64,000 nt of DNA from Clostridia bacterium (GCA_017399965.1 JAFQAP010000026.1:22530-86529); one strand, 5' to 3'. Counted from the first letter of the stretch, positions 28,444-38,624 are shown. A program made the numbers and translations. Notes: generated by a model not told the origin, from the letters alone.

Positions 28444-28475
28444 ATTTTAACATGCAAATGTTAAGAAGTTGTAAA
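28444..28475 (-). promoter_or_regulatory. Class I direct-repeat promoter (TTTACA-N5-TTAACA-N9-TAAAAT)
   Basis: Same geometry as the island promoters, upstream of ATG 28411. Confidence 0.6.
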
Positions 28476-28558
28476 ATACAGGGCAGTTTTTTAACTTGAC
28501 ATTAAATTTATTTCCATTATAATATATACCGAAACTTTCGGAAAGGAAGAACACACAT

Positions 28559-29596
28559 ATGAAAAAAGGCGTACTGCTTTACACCTGCTACAACGGATAC
28601 GGAAACACCAAGTACCACACTCCCACGGATGAGGAGCTTGTGCGTATCTTGAACGTGACCGACGAGATACTGTTTATCCCCATAGTTACATATAATCGTT
28701 TTACGGATAAAGACGGCAAGGATTACTCCGTGCTTTCCCACGATATAATAGATGATATGACCGTGGATATGGTAGGGGATCCTGCCCGCTTTGAAACCAT
28801 AAAGCAGGAATACCACGCTACCGCAAACCACCGCCTTCCCGCGAATTATCACGTTAGGGATTATGTAAACGATGCTGTCTCCCTTGCAAAGCGCATTACC
28901 GCAATAAAAGGGGATGCAAAGCTGTGGTTTTCCGTTCCTTCCGCAGAAAATTTCCACGCACTTACCCATCTTTTTGCACCTGCGTGGGCAGATACCGTGG
29001 ATATGATAAAAAACGCACTGCCCGATGAACTGTGGCAAAATAATGTTTTGGGCATATATTATGCAGGGGAGGATATCGTTACCGCAGGTTACACCCGTTT
29101 TGATAACGACAAGCCCGAGGACGATTTTAACAACCCCATCGTATATTCCATGCGCGTGGTTTCCGATAAGGTTCACGGCTACGGAAAGAAAATGCTTTGG
29201 ATCCCTTATTACCACGAAGCGTCGTCCTCTTCCAAGAATCTGGGACACGTGCTCAATCTTACAGATATTTTTGATGTTGCCATAATCCAGCCCTCCCATT
29301 TCTTTAATACCGCACGCAAGGATGAAATGCGGGTAGTGCCCGAATGTGTGGAAAAGCAGGCAGTGGTGGATATAGAACATAATATAATAGGAAGCAAAAA
29401 AACTTCCCGCACGGAAATAGGCTTTGAAATGGAAATCGACGCCCAGTTTTACGAAAAAGAAGGCTATGCGGAAAGATATTATGATTACGAAAAAGCCTTC
29501 GGGCGTTTTGTGGGCAAATATCCCACCGCATATTACGCCGGCACACCTCAAACCCTGCTCAGATCATTGGATATAATAGAGAAATTTTATAAATAA
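28559..29596 (+). CDS. DUF4855-like protein (possible glycoside-hydrolase-like barrel)
   Basis: LWIPYY, FDVAIIQP, GFEMEID, AYYAG motifs; upstream TTGACA-16 nt-TATAAT. Confidence 0.6.
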   Translation: MKKGVLLYTCYNGYGNTKYHTPTDEELVRILNVTDEILFIPIVTYNRFTDKDGKDYSVLSHDIIDDMTVDMVGDPARFETIKQEYHATANHRLPANYHVRDYVNDAVSLAKRITAIKGDAKLWFSVPSAENFHALTHLFAPAWADTVDMIKNALPDELWQNNVLGIYYAGEDIVTAGYTRFDNDKPEDDFNNPIVYSMRVVSDKVHGYGKKMLWIPYYHEASSSSKNLGHVLNLTDIFDVAIIQPSHFFNTARKDEMRVVPECVEKQAVVDIEHNIIGSKKTSRTEIGFEMEIDAQFYEKEGYAERYYDYEKAFGRFVGKYPTAYYAGTPQTLLRSLDIIEKFYK

Positions 29597-29743
29597 AAGA
29601 AGTTTTAACGCCGCGCAGCCACAAAAACCGCGGCGTTTTTTCATTATTTATACACGTTTTGCATAAAAAAGAGCGTATAAAGACAAATTTATGATAATTT
29701 ATAAGAAATTGGTTGTAAAAAATAATAATTTCTCATAAACAAA

Positions 29744-29772
29744 TTGACATTTTAAAAATAATGTGTTATAAT
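29744..29772 (+). promoter_or_regulatory. Consensus sigma70 promoter of the opp operon
   Basis: TTGACA-17 nt-TATAAT with TGn. Confidence 0.85.
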
Positions 29773-29903
29773 ACGTACCGAATAGTTTCTGAGTGTAAGA
29801 AACGTATATGCTATATGCAGCTATCTTCGGTAAAAGTTGCCTATAACATATTCGTTCCTTCGTAGGAACTATTATAAAAAAATTTTAAGGAGAAACCACA
29901 AAG

Positions 29904-32450
29904 ATGAAAAAGTATTCTTCAATTCTTGCTTTAGTGCTTGCAGTTGTTATGCTTTTTGCTCTCACTGCTTGCCAGCCCGGTGATGACACAAGCAACGTGT
30001 CTAAGGAAGCAGGCGATACATCCGAAACTGAGATCGTTGTAGAAAAGTTCGAAGGCGATTTCACCTGGAAGGATTCCGTATCTACCCTTGCTACCAACTG
30101 GAACCCCCACACCTATGAAACTGCAGACGATTCTTATCCTCTCGATTTTATCGTTAGCGGTCTCTACACCTTCGTTTTCAACGATGCACTTAACCCCGTT
30201 GAAGGCAAGGATCCCTATTCCGGTTACGTTATCGTACCCGAAATGGCAGCTGCTATGCCCGTAGATGTTACCGAAGACATCAAGGAGTCTCATCCTCAAT
30301 TCAACATTCCCGAGGATGCAACCAAGGGCTACGCTTACGTTATCGACCTCAATCCTAACGCTAAGTGGGAAGACGGCACCCCCATCAATGCAGACACTTA
30401 CGTGTACTCCATGGAAAAGCTGTTCAATTCCGAACTTCTTAACTACCGCGCTACCGACTATATGGATGGCGACCTCGCTATCGCAGGCGGTAGAGATTAC
30501 TACAACAGCGGCAGAACCGTTTGGGAAGCAAACTCCGCAGACGGCGCAGCTATGAACTTCGCTTTTGCTGACCTCGTAAAGGGCGATGACGGCGTATACA
30601 CCACCGCTGACGGCGTTAAGGTATACTTCGGTCTTACCGCAGGCTACGCTTGGATGGGCGGCGACGCTCTTGCAGACTATGCAGGCTACTTCCCCGAAGG
30701 CGTATATGCTTCTCTTGAAGCTCTCGCTAACGACGAAGGCTATGTTCCCGTAACCGACGAATCTATCGCACTTCTCTATTCCTTCACCGGTTCCGATGTT
30801 TGGGGCAACGAATCTGAGGCTGACCTCGGCTACTACGTATCCTACCAGAAGACCTACGAAGAGTTCGCATTTGAAAACGTTGGTATTATCAAGACCGGCG
30901 ATTACCAGATCACTCTCGTACTCGAGAAGTCCCTCACCGGCTTCTACCTCCTTTACAACCTTTCCGGCAACTGGATCGTATACGAAGATCTTTACGAATC
31001 CTGCCTTAAGAAGGAAGGCGACACCTACCTTTCTACTTACAACACCAGCGTAGAGACCACCAAGTCCTACGGTCCTTACAAGCTTGTTTCCTACCAGGAA
31101 GACAAGGCTATGCGCTTTGAAAAGAACGAAAACTGGTTCGGTTATACCGACGGCAAGCACATCTACTGCGATCCCGAAGATGGCAAGTACTATCCTATGT
31201 ACCAGACCACCGCAGTTGACTGCCAGGTAGTTGCAGAAGCTGAAACCAGAAAGCTTATGTTCCTTAAGGGCGAACTTATGGGTTACGGCCTCCAGGCTGA
31301 TGACTACGATAGCTACCGCAGCTCCGAATACTGCTATGCTACTCCCGCAACCGCAACCTTCTTCCTTATCCTTAACGGTCACGGCGAAGCTATCGCTACC
31401 CGTGAAGCAGCTGAAGATTTTGACCAGACCAAGCAGGATCTCGAAACCCTCCAGCTCACCTCCTTCAAGCAGGCTCTTGCTCTCTCTTATGATAAAGACC
31501 TGTTCGCTTCCACCGTATCTCCCGCTCGTTCCGGTGCTTTCGGTATGATAGGCTCCGCTTATGTATACGATCCCGATACCGGTGCTAAGTACCGCGATAC
31601 CGACCAAGCTAAGAAGGCTCTCTGCGAATTCTACGCAGTTGACATTTCCAAGTTCGATTCTCTCGACGCAGCTGTTGAGTCCATCACCGGTTACGACGTT
31701 GAAGGCGCACGCGAATTCTTCAAGAAGGCATTTGATGAAGCTATCGAAAAGGGTTACATCACCGATACTGATAACGACGGCAAGTCCGATCAGGCTATCA
31801 AGATCGAGTATGCAATTTCTTCCGATTCCGACTTCATGACCACCACCATCAACTACCTCAATAACACTCTCGCAGAAGTTATTAAGGGTACTCCTTTTGA
31901 AGGCAAGATCGAGTTCTACAAGTCTGCTGAATACGGCAACGAATGGTCCAACAAGATCAAGTCCGGTATGTCCGACACCGTTCTCGGCGGTTGGTCCGGC
32001 TCTGCTCTTAACCCCTTCTCTCTTACCGACCTCTACGTTAACCCCTCTCGTGCATACGACGCAGCTTGGTTCAATCCCGAAGCTTACGATCTCACCATCA
32101 AGATTAATGATGAAGACGTAACTCTCAACCTCAAGCAGTGGTCCGACGCTCTCAACGGCGCAGCAGTAGAAGTTGACGGTAAGACCTACAACTACGGCGA
32201 CGGTCAGGCAGACATCGAAGTTCGTCTCGAAATCCTTGCAGCTTTCGAAACTGCAATCCTCAAGAACTTCAACTACCTGCCCATGCTGGAAGACGGCTCC
32301 ATGGCACTTCTTTCTCAGCAGGTTTACTACGTAGTTGAAGAATACAACCCTGTTATGGGTCGTGGCGGCATCGCTTACACCAAGTACAACTTCAACGACA
32401 CCGAATGGGCTGCATTCGTTGAAGAACAGGGCGGCGAGCTTAAGTATTAA
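29904..32450 (+). CDS. oppA: ABC family 5 substrate-binding lipoprotein (OppA-like, enlarged)
   Basis: Lipobox LTAC; KWEDGTPINADTYVYS, YGPYKL; strongly biased codons suggest high expression. Confidence 0.85.
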   Translation: MKKYSSILALVLAVVMLFALTACQPGDDTSNVSKEAGDTSETEIVVEKFEGDFTWKDSVSTLATNWNPHTYETADDSYPLDFIVSGLYTFVFNDALNPVEGKDPYSGYVIVPEMAAAMPVDVTEDIKESHPQFNIPEDATKGYAYVIDLNPNAKWEDGTPINADTYVYSMEKLFNSELLNYRATDYMDGDLAIAGGRDYYNSGRTVWEANSADGAAMNFAFADLVKGDDGVYTTADGVKVYFGLTAGYAWMGGDALADYAGYFPEGVYASLEALANDEGYVPVTDESIALLYSFTGSDVWGNESEADLGYYVSYQKTYEEFAFENVGIIKTGDYQITLVLEKSLTGFYLLYNLSGNWIVYEDLYESCLKKEGDTYLSTYNTSVETTKSYGPYKLVSYQEDKAMRFEKNENWFGYTDGKHIYCDPEDGKYYPMYQTTAVDCQVVAEAETRKLMFLKGELMGYGLQADDYDSYRSSEYCYATPATATFFLILNGHGEAIATREAAEDFDQTKQDLETLQLTSFKQALALSYDKDLFASTVSPARSGAFGMIGSAYVYDPDTGAKYRDTDQAKKALCEFYAVDISKFDSLDAAVESITGYDVEGAREFFKKAFDEAIEKGYITDTDNDGKSDQAIKIEYAISSDSDFMTTTINYLNNTLAEVIKGTPFEGKIEFYKSAEYGNEWSNKIKSGMSDTVLGGWSGSALNPFSLTDLYVNPSRAYDAAWFNPEAYDLTIKINDEDVTLNLKQWSDALNGAAVEVDGKTYNYGDGQADIEVRLEILAAFETAILKNFNYLPMLEDGSMALLSQQVYYVVEEYNPVMGRGGIAYTKYNFNDTEWAAFVEEQGGELKY

Positions 32451-32500
32451 TTTAAGCTTTAACTACAATTATTAGGCACGGAACGTCTTTTCCGTACTTT

Positions 32501-32570
32501 CGTGCAGGGGCATCTTAATGTCCCTGCACGCAATATAATACCGGAGCGAGAGTGTTCCGGTATTATATTG
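32501..32570. terminator. Two tandem hairpins between oppA and oppB
   Basis: CGTGCAGGG/CCCTGCACG and CAATATAATACCGGA/TCCGGTATTATATTG; no long U-run, so possibly an mRNA stabiliser. Confidence 0.55.
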
Positions 32571-32639
32571 CTATATGCCAACAATATTAAACGGCGCCTT
32601 TTTTAAAAATGTTTCCGTTTAAACACCGGAGGAAAATTT

Positions 32640-33593
32640 ATGCTTAAATACGTTATACAAAGAGTCGTGCTCATGCTGGTTACATTGTTTATAATAACCG
32701 GTATGTGCTTTATACTTATCCGAATGCTGCCTCCCGCAACCGTTTCGCCCGAGGACCCTCATGCAGAGATAGTCGAGCTGAGACGTGAAGCGCTGGGCTA
32801 CAATAAACCCCTGCTTGTACAGTTCGGCATTTTCCTCAAGAGTGTATTCACAAAGTGGGACTGGGGTGTTTCGGACAAGCTGTACGTAGGCAGAGACGTA
32901 TTCCAGATGCTGTATCAAAAGATGCCTGCTACAGTGCTTGTTAACCTGTATTCAATTTTGATCAGTATACCAATAGGTATTATACTGGGTATTATTGCCG
33001 CTTTAAAGAAAAACACCTGGATCGACCATACCATTTCAACGCTTACGATGGTGGTAATTTCGGTTCCGTCATTCGTTTATGCTTTCGTTATCCAGTACTT
33101 ATTCTCATATAAATTGGGCTGGTTTCCCTTCCTTATGAAGGCGGGTACGGACTATTTCTCTTGGGAAATGTTCGTTTCCATGATCCCTGCAATAATGTCG
33201 CTTTCCTTCGGCGTTATCGCCGGCTTTACCAGAACCACCCGTGCAGAGCTTACCGAAGTGCTTACCAGCGAATTTATGCTGCTTGCCCGCACAAAGGGTC
33301 TTACAAAAGCTCAGGCTACAGTTCGCCACGCTTTCAGAAACTGTATGGTAGTTGTTCTGCCCTCTATTTTCGGTAGCTTTATCGGTGTAATGTCCGGTTC
33401 TCTTATTATCGAAAAGATATTCTCCATCCCCGGTGTTGGTCAGCTGTATATCAACTCTATAAATGCGCCCGACTATCCTATGTTTATTATGAATACTTTC
33501 TTCTATACCAGCATAGGTCTTGCCGCAAGTATCGTAGTTGACCTCAGCTATGGCTTTATCGACCCCAGAATCCGTATGGGTTCCAAAAAATAA
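32640..33593 (+). CDS. oppB: Oligopeptide ABC permease
   Basis: ARTKGL...VRHAFRN EAA-like loop, IEKIFSIPGVG, IDPRIR. Confidence 0.9.
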   Translation: MLKYVIQRVVLMLVTLFIITGMCFILIRMLPPATVSPEDPHAEIVELRREALGYNKPLLVQFGIFLKSVFTKWDWGVSDKLYVGRDVFQMLYQKMPATVLVNLYSILISIPIGIILGIIAALKKNTWIDHTISTLTMVVISVPSFVYAFVIQYLFSYKLGWFPFLMKAGTDYFSWEMFVSMIPAIMSLSFGVIAGFTRTTRAELTEVLTSEFMLLARTKGLTKAQATVRHAFRNCMVVVLPSIFGSFIGVMSGSLIIEKIFSIPGVGQLYINSINAPDYPMFIMNTFFYTSIGLAASIVVDLSYGFIDPRIRMGSKK

Positions 33594-33642
33594 GAAAGAA
33601 AGGAGAAATTTTTGCTGCTTTTGCAGTTGAATGTGTGTAATT

Positions 33643-35232
33643 ATGGATAACAACGTTTATGAACATATACCTGCCGAGCAATTTGAGTTTCAGCAGCTTA
33701 ATGCAGAGCTTCACGACCAAAAGCTTGAGACAAAATCCAGAGGCTATTTCGCAGATGCGATGATACGCTTCAAGAAGAATAAGTCTTCCGTTGTTGCCGC
33801 TTGGATAATTTTGTTTCTGGTAATGTTTTCTATCATTTCTCCTCTTGTTTCGGGAATCGATGTCCGCCATATGGATACGGTTTATAAGAGCCATCCGCCC
33901 TTTATAAAGGCTGTCGCAGATAAGTTTTCCGATCGGAATTGGTGCTTCTGGGACGGCGGCTATACTCACGAAAGCCAGTCCGAAAGCCAGCTCCTTGTTT
34001 GGGAAGCGATCGGTATGGAGACCGGTCTTAACCCCGTTAACCGCGTTATAAGCGAAACTGTTCAGAAAGAAAAATACCGCGGCCAGTGGCGTGACGTTAA
34101 GTATTATACTATCGAAAACAACAAGTATTACGAGCGCGGTGTTGTTTACCGTACCGTTTCTTATGAAGAATTCCAGCGTATTCAGGATTTCCAGAATGAA
34201 TCCGGAATTCAGGTTATTTATCCTTACGTAGAATCAAAGGATATTAACGATATCAAGGATAATCCCAACATCTGGTATCAGGTTAAGGATGCCAAGGGCA
34301 CTCCCGTTGTGGATGCAGACGGCAATCTTATTCCCGCATACTCCACCAACCCCGCTCTTCTTCAGTATAAGGAATATGAAGGCGATGATCTCGTTACCGT
34401 CGAAGTTCCTTATAACAGCCTTCGTATCGAAAGCGACCCCGGTAACTATATGTACGGTTACGTAAGATCCGGCTCCGTTACCATCCGTGTGTGCTATTTC
34501 ACTTATTATCAGTATATCAACGAAGGACGTTTGCCCAATTATATATTCGGTACAAACTCTCTCGGTCAGGACCTGTTCACCGCTATCGGTGTAGGCGCCC
34601 GTTTCTCTCTCATCTTTGCGGTTGCGGTTTCCGCTATCAACCTTTGCATCGGTGCGGTATACGGCGCTATCCAGGGTTATTACGGCGGTTGGATCGACCT
34701 TTTCCTCGACCGTGTATCCGATATTCTCAGCGGCGTTCCCTTTATCGTTGTTGCAACCTTGTTTAAGCTGCATCTTGCCGACAAGGTTGGTATCGTACCT
34801 TCATTTATATTTGCATTCGTTTTAACCGGATGGATCGGTATGGCTGCCCTTACAAGAAAGCAGTTCTACCGCTTCAAGGGTCAGGAATTCGTTCTTGCCG
34901 CAAGAACTCTCGGTGCTTCCGACTGGCGTCTTATGTTCAAGCACGTATTCCCCAACTCCCTCGGTACCATCGTAACAAGCTGTGCTTTGGTTATCCCCGG
35001 TGTTATTAATTCCGAAACAAACCTTACTTACCTGGGTATTATCAACCTTCAGGAAGTATTCGGAACATCTATCGGTGTTCTTTTGTCCCAGGGTCAGACA
35101 TCTATGACATCTGCACCCCACGCAATGGTGTTCCCCGCAGTATTCATCGCGCTTCTGCTGATCTCCTTCAACCTCTTCGGTAACGGACTCAGAGATGCGT
35201 TTAACCCGTCTATGAGAGGAGTTGAGGACTGA
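33643..35232 (+). CDS. oppC: Oligopeptide ABC permease with large extracellular loop
   Basis: RFKKNK, FGTNSLGQD, EFVLAARTLGA, GNGLRDAFNP; start could be 33631. Confidence 0.88.
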   Translation: MDNNVYEHIPAEQFEFQQLNAELHDQKLETKSRGYFADAMIRFKKNKSSVVAAWIILFLVMFSIISPLVSGIDVRHMDTVYKSHPPFIKAVADKFSDRNWCFWDGGYTHESQSESQLLVWEAIGMETGLNPVNRVISETVQKEKYRGQWRDVKYYTIENNKYYERGVVYRTVSYEEFQRIQDFQNESGIQVIYPYVESKDINDIKDNPNIWYQVKDAKGTPVVDADGNLIPAYSTNPALLQYKEYEGDDLVTVEVPYNSLRIESDPGNYMYGYVRSGSVTIRVCYFTYYQYINEGRLPNYIFGTNSLGQDLFTAIGVGARFSLIFAVAVSAINLCIGAVYGAIQGYYGGWIDLFLDRVSDILSGVPFIVVATLFKLHLADKVGIVPSFIFAFVLTGWIGMAALTRKQFYRFKGQEFVLAARTLGASDWRLMFKHVFPNSLGTIVTSCALVIPGVINSETNLTYLGIINLQEVFGTSIGVLLSQGQTSMTSAPHAMVFPAVFIALLLISFNLFGNGLRDAFNPSMRGVED

Positions 35233-35233
35233 T

Positions 35234-37405
35234 ATGGAAAATAAACTTCATGTAAAAGACCTTACCATATCCTTCCGTACCTCCAACGGTAAGGTGCAGG
35301 CGGTTCGCGGCATAGATTTCGACCTTGCAAAGGGCGAAACTCTGGCTATCGTTGGCGAATCCGGTTCCGGTAAGTCTGTTACCTCCAAGGCGATCCTCGG
35401 CATTCTCGCAGGTAACTCTATTATCGAGGGCGGCGAGATCATTTACGACGGTAAAGATCTTCTTAAAATAAGCGAAGAGGATTTCCACAAGATCCGCGGC
35501 GATAAGATCGCTATGATCTTCCAGGATCCTATGTCCAGTCTTAACCCCATTATCAAGATCGGTAAGCAGCTTACCGAAGCTATGCTTCTTAAGGGCAAGG
35601 CAAGACAGCGTGAAAGCCGTGAGATATTTAACAGATATCTCAAAACTCTTGAAAAGAATATGATACAGGCTTCCGCACAGGGCAATTCCGCAAAAGCCGC
35701 AGAACTTTCCAACAAGTGCAAATCCTTCGATAAATTCGAATATAAGCACCTTGAACTGGAAAATAAGTATAACGTGGCTCACGAATCTGCTACTCAGGCA
35801 GTGGCTGATATCGAAGATATCCTGTTTGAAATAAGCAAAAACGCTTTTTCTGACGGCGCATACCGTATAAAGAGCCTTAAATCTATGGCGCTTGCCTCCG
35901 TAAACGATTGGGTTGTTTCCGGCAAAAAAGCAGAAGAGCTTGTTGCCTTCGCTCAGCCTCTTCCCGCACTTTTCTCCCGCGCCAAGAAGTCCGGCGATTA
36001 CGCTGAACTTGTTTCCAATATTGAAAAGATAAACGCTATTCTCAAAGATGCTGTTGCGCTGGCTCAGCCCAACTTCTTTGCAATGGGCTATTATCTTACC
36101 TTCTCCGGCAAGAACGAGCTTCCCAAGCAGCCCGTAGAAGAGCTTAACGTTACCCTCCGCAAGTATCTGGATGATAACTTTATGCTTTCCTTTATCGAGG
36201 ATGCAAAGCAGGCACTTATATACTCCGCAAATGTTTCCAAAAAGGAAATGCTGGAGGCGATCTCACTGCTGAACGAAAACAAAAAGGTATATCAGCAGGA
36301 GATCCTTGATAAGAAACAGGCCAATTCCGTTTGCCAGCGTCTTACCAAAGAGGTAATGGAAACGATCGACCCCCTTAACACCAAGAAAGACAGCCTTATA
36401 TATACCTTCGGCACCGGTCTTAAGAACGAGATCGACAAGTATTTCGGCGGTATAGTAAAGAACGCAAAGGAAATCAAGCGTTACAACAAGCAAAAGGCAG
36501 ATTACGATAAACGTGTTGCAAGAGGCAAGGAGCCCGATTGGAAGGTAGTTCCCGCTTCTATAACCGATCTTGAGCTTGCCAAAAAGAATATGGTCCACCA
36601 GATCGAGCGTACGGTTGCTCATCTTGAAACTCTCGTTACCGCTGTTGATACCCGCGATTACGATGCAGAGACTGTTGCGCTTATAGATTTTCTTAAGGCA
36701 AACGCTTCCGGCGTTGTTAACAAGGTTACCAAGAGCATTGCAAAGGCAAGAGCTATAAAGCTTATGAAGGAAGTTGGTATTTCCGAACCTCGTAAGAGAT
36801 ATAAGCAGTATCCCTTTGAATTCTCCGGCGGTATGAGACAGCGTATAGTTATCGCTATCGCTCTTGCCGCAGACCCCGATATCCTTATCTGCGACGAGCC
36901 TACCACCGCTTTGGACGTTACTATTCAGTCTCAGATACTTGAGCTTATCAACGACCTTAAGCGTGAAAGACAGCTTTCCATTATATTCATTACCCATGAC
37001 CTCGGCGTTGTTGCTAATATGGCAGACCGTATCGCGGTAATGTACGCAGGTAAGATAGTAGAATACGGTACTTCCGAAGACATATTCTATTCTTCCGCAC
37101 ATCCTTATACCTGGGCATTGCTTTCCTCTATGCCCGACCTTGATACAAACGAGAAACTGGACGCTATTCCCGGTACTCCTCCGAATATGATCTATCCTCC
37201 TGTAGGCGATGCGTTTGCCGCAAGAAACAAGTATGCAATGAAGATAGATTTCGAGCGCCAGCCTCCTATGTTCAAGATTTCCGATACACACTATGCGGCA
37301 ACCTGGCTGTTGCATCCCGATGCACCTAAGGTTGATCCTCCCAAGACCATACTCGACCGTATTGCAAGAATGAAAGAAAAGAGAGGTGTTGAAAATGAGC
37401 AATAA
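35234..37405 (+). CDS. oppD: Oligopeptide ABC ATPase with ~380-aa helical insertion
   Basis: GESGSGKS, MIFQDP, FSGGMRQR, CDEPTTALD, HPYT. Confidence 0.9.
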   Translation: MENKLHVKDLTISFRTSNGKVQAVRGIDFDLAKGETLAIVGESGSGKSVTSKAILGILAGNSIIEGGEIIYDGKDLLKISEEDFHKIRGDKIAMIFQDPMSSLNPIIKIGKQLTEAMLLKGKARQRESREIFNRYLKTLEKNMIQASAQGNSAKAAELSNKCKSFDKFEYKHLELENKYNVAHESATQAVADIEDILFEISKNAFSDGAYRIKSLKSMALASVNDWVVSGKKAEELVAFAQPLPALFSRAKKSGDYAELVSNIEKINAILKDAVALAQPNFFAMGYYLTFSGKNELPKQPVEELNVTLRKYLDDNFMLSFIEDAKQALIYSANVSKKEMLEAISLLNENKKVYQQEILDKKQANSVCQRLTKEVMETIDPLNTKKDSLIYTFGTGLKNEIDKYFGGIVKNAKEIKRYNKQKADYDKRVARGKEPDWKVVPASITDLELAKKNMVHQIERTVAHLETLVTAVDTRDYDAETVALIDFLKANASGVVNKVTKSIAKARAIKLMKEVGISEPRKRYKQYPFEFSGGMRQRIVIAIALAADPDILICDEPTTALDVTIQSQILELINDLKRERQLSIIFITHDLGVVANMADRIAVMYAGKIVEYGTSEDIFYSSAHPYTWALLSSMPDLDTNEKLDAIPGTPPNMIYPPVGDAFAARNKYAMKIDFERQPPMFKISDTHYAATWLLHPDAPKVDPPKTILDRIARMKEKRGVENEQ

Positions 37406-38609
37406 TCAAGAAACACTTCTTAAAGTAGAGAATCTTTGCCAATACTTCGGTTTTAACCGCGCGGTTGACGATGTCAGCTTTGAGGTTAAGAAGGGTGAGG
37501 TATTCGGTCTTGTTGGTGAATCCGGCTGCGGAAAAACAACTACCGGCCGTTCTATCATCAAGCTGTACAACATCACTTCCGGCAGTATATATTTTAAAGG
37601 TATACGTATAAGCGCCGGTATCCGTTCTTATCAGGAACAGATGAAGACAGCAAAAGCAGAGTATGCGGAAAAGGTAAAAAATACCGCAGATCCTGCAGAA
37701 AAGGCTCTTTTGAAGGGCGAACTGGATGCTATTATAACAAATTGCAAAAAAGAGATTAAACGCGCACGTTTTGACCAGAAAAACTGCGATAAGGAATTTT
37801 CCAAGCAGATGGTTCTGGCTGTAAAGACAAAGTATCAGGCTTTGCTTTCCAGAGCATCCGAAACCGAGCTGGCAGCGCTTAAGGCTGAATACAAGGATGA
37901 ACTCCGCAAAGCCCGCAAGACAAAACTGGTTACCCAGATACAGATGATCTTCCAGGATCCTATTGCTTCTCTTGACCCCCGTATGACCGTACGCGAGATC
38001 ATTTCCGAAGGTCTTATCATCCGCGGCGAGAGAAACAAAAAGGTTATAGACGAAAAGGTTTATGAGATGCTGGAGCTTGTAGGTCTTGTGCGTGAGCACG
38101 CAAGCCGTTATCCTCATGAATTTTCCGGCGGACAAAGACAGAGAATCGGTGTTGCCCGCGCTATAATTATGAATCCCGAGCTTATCATTGCGGACGAACC
38201 CGTTTCCGCGTTGGACGTTTCTATTCAGGCGCAGGTTATCAACCTTCTTAACGACCTCCGCCACAGTCTGGGCCTTACAATTCTGTTTATCGCCCACGAC
38301 CTTTCCGTTGTTAAGTATTTCTCCGATCGTATCGGCGTTATGTATTACGGAAAGATGGTAGAGCTTACCACATCGGATGAACTGTTCAAGAATCCTTTGC
38401 ATCCTTATACAAAGTCGTTGCTTTCCGCAATTCCTTTGCCCGACCCTATTTACGAAAAGAACAGAAAGAGAATTGTATATAACCGTCTTGCAGAACACGA
38501 TTACTCTGTGAACAAGCCTTCGCTGCGTGAAGTTGCTCCCGGACATTTCGTTGAATGTAACGACGAAGAGTTTGAAAAATACAAGGCTCTCTTGTCAGCG
38601 CAAGACTAA
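37395..38609 (+). CDS. oppF: Oligopeptide ABC ATPase with ~100-aa insertion
   Basis: GESGCGKT, QMIFQDP, FSGGQRQR, ADEPVSALD, HPYT. Confidence 0.9.
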   Translation: MSNNQETLLKVENLCQYFGFNRAVDDVSFEVKKGEVFGLVGESGCGKTTTGRSIIKLYNITSGSIYFKGIRISAGIRSYQEQMKTAKAEYAEKVKNTADPAEKALLKGELDAIITNCKKEIKRARFDQKNCDKEFSKQMVLAVKTKYQALLSRASETELAALKAEYKDELRKARKTKLVTQIQMIFQDPIASLDPRMTVREIISEGLIIRGERNKKVIDEKVYEMLELVGLVREHASRYPHEFSGGQRQRIGVARAIIMNPELIIADEPVSALDVSIQAQVINLLNDLRHSLGLTILFIAHDLSVVKYFSDRIGVMYYGKMVELTTSDELFKNPLHPYTKSLLSAIPLPDPIYEKNRKRIVYNRLAEHDYSVNKPSLREVAPGHFVECNDEEFEKYKALLSAQD

Positions 38610-38624
38610 AAGTAATTCCCGAAT

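Noticed and set aside
29690-29745. CodY box upstream of oppA
   Set aside because: Best match AATTTATAAGAAATT has four mismatches to AATTTTCWGAAAATT in very AT-rich DNA.
29931-31607. 558-aa antisense ORF over oppA, and similar ones over oppD/oppF and the island genes
   Set aside because: Mirror frames of well-supported genes.
35590-36740. Intein in OppD
   Set aside because: No evident C/S start with HN-C/S/T end and no LAGLIDADG motifs; the insert looks all-helical.
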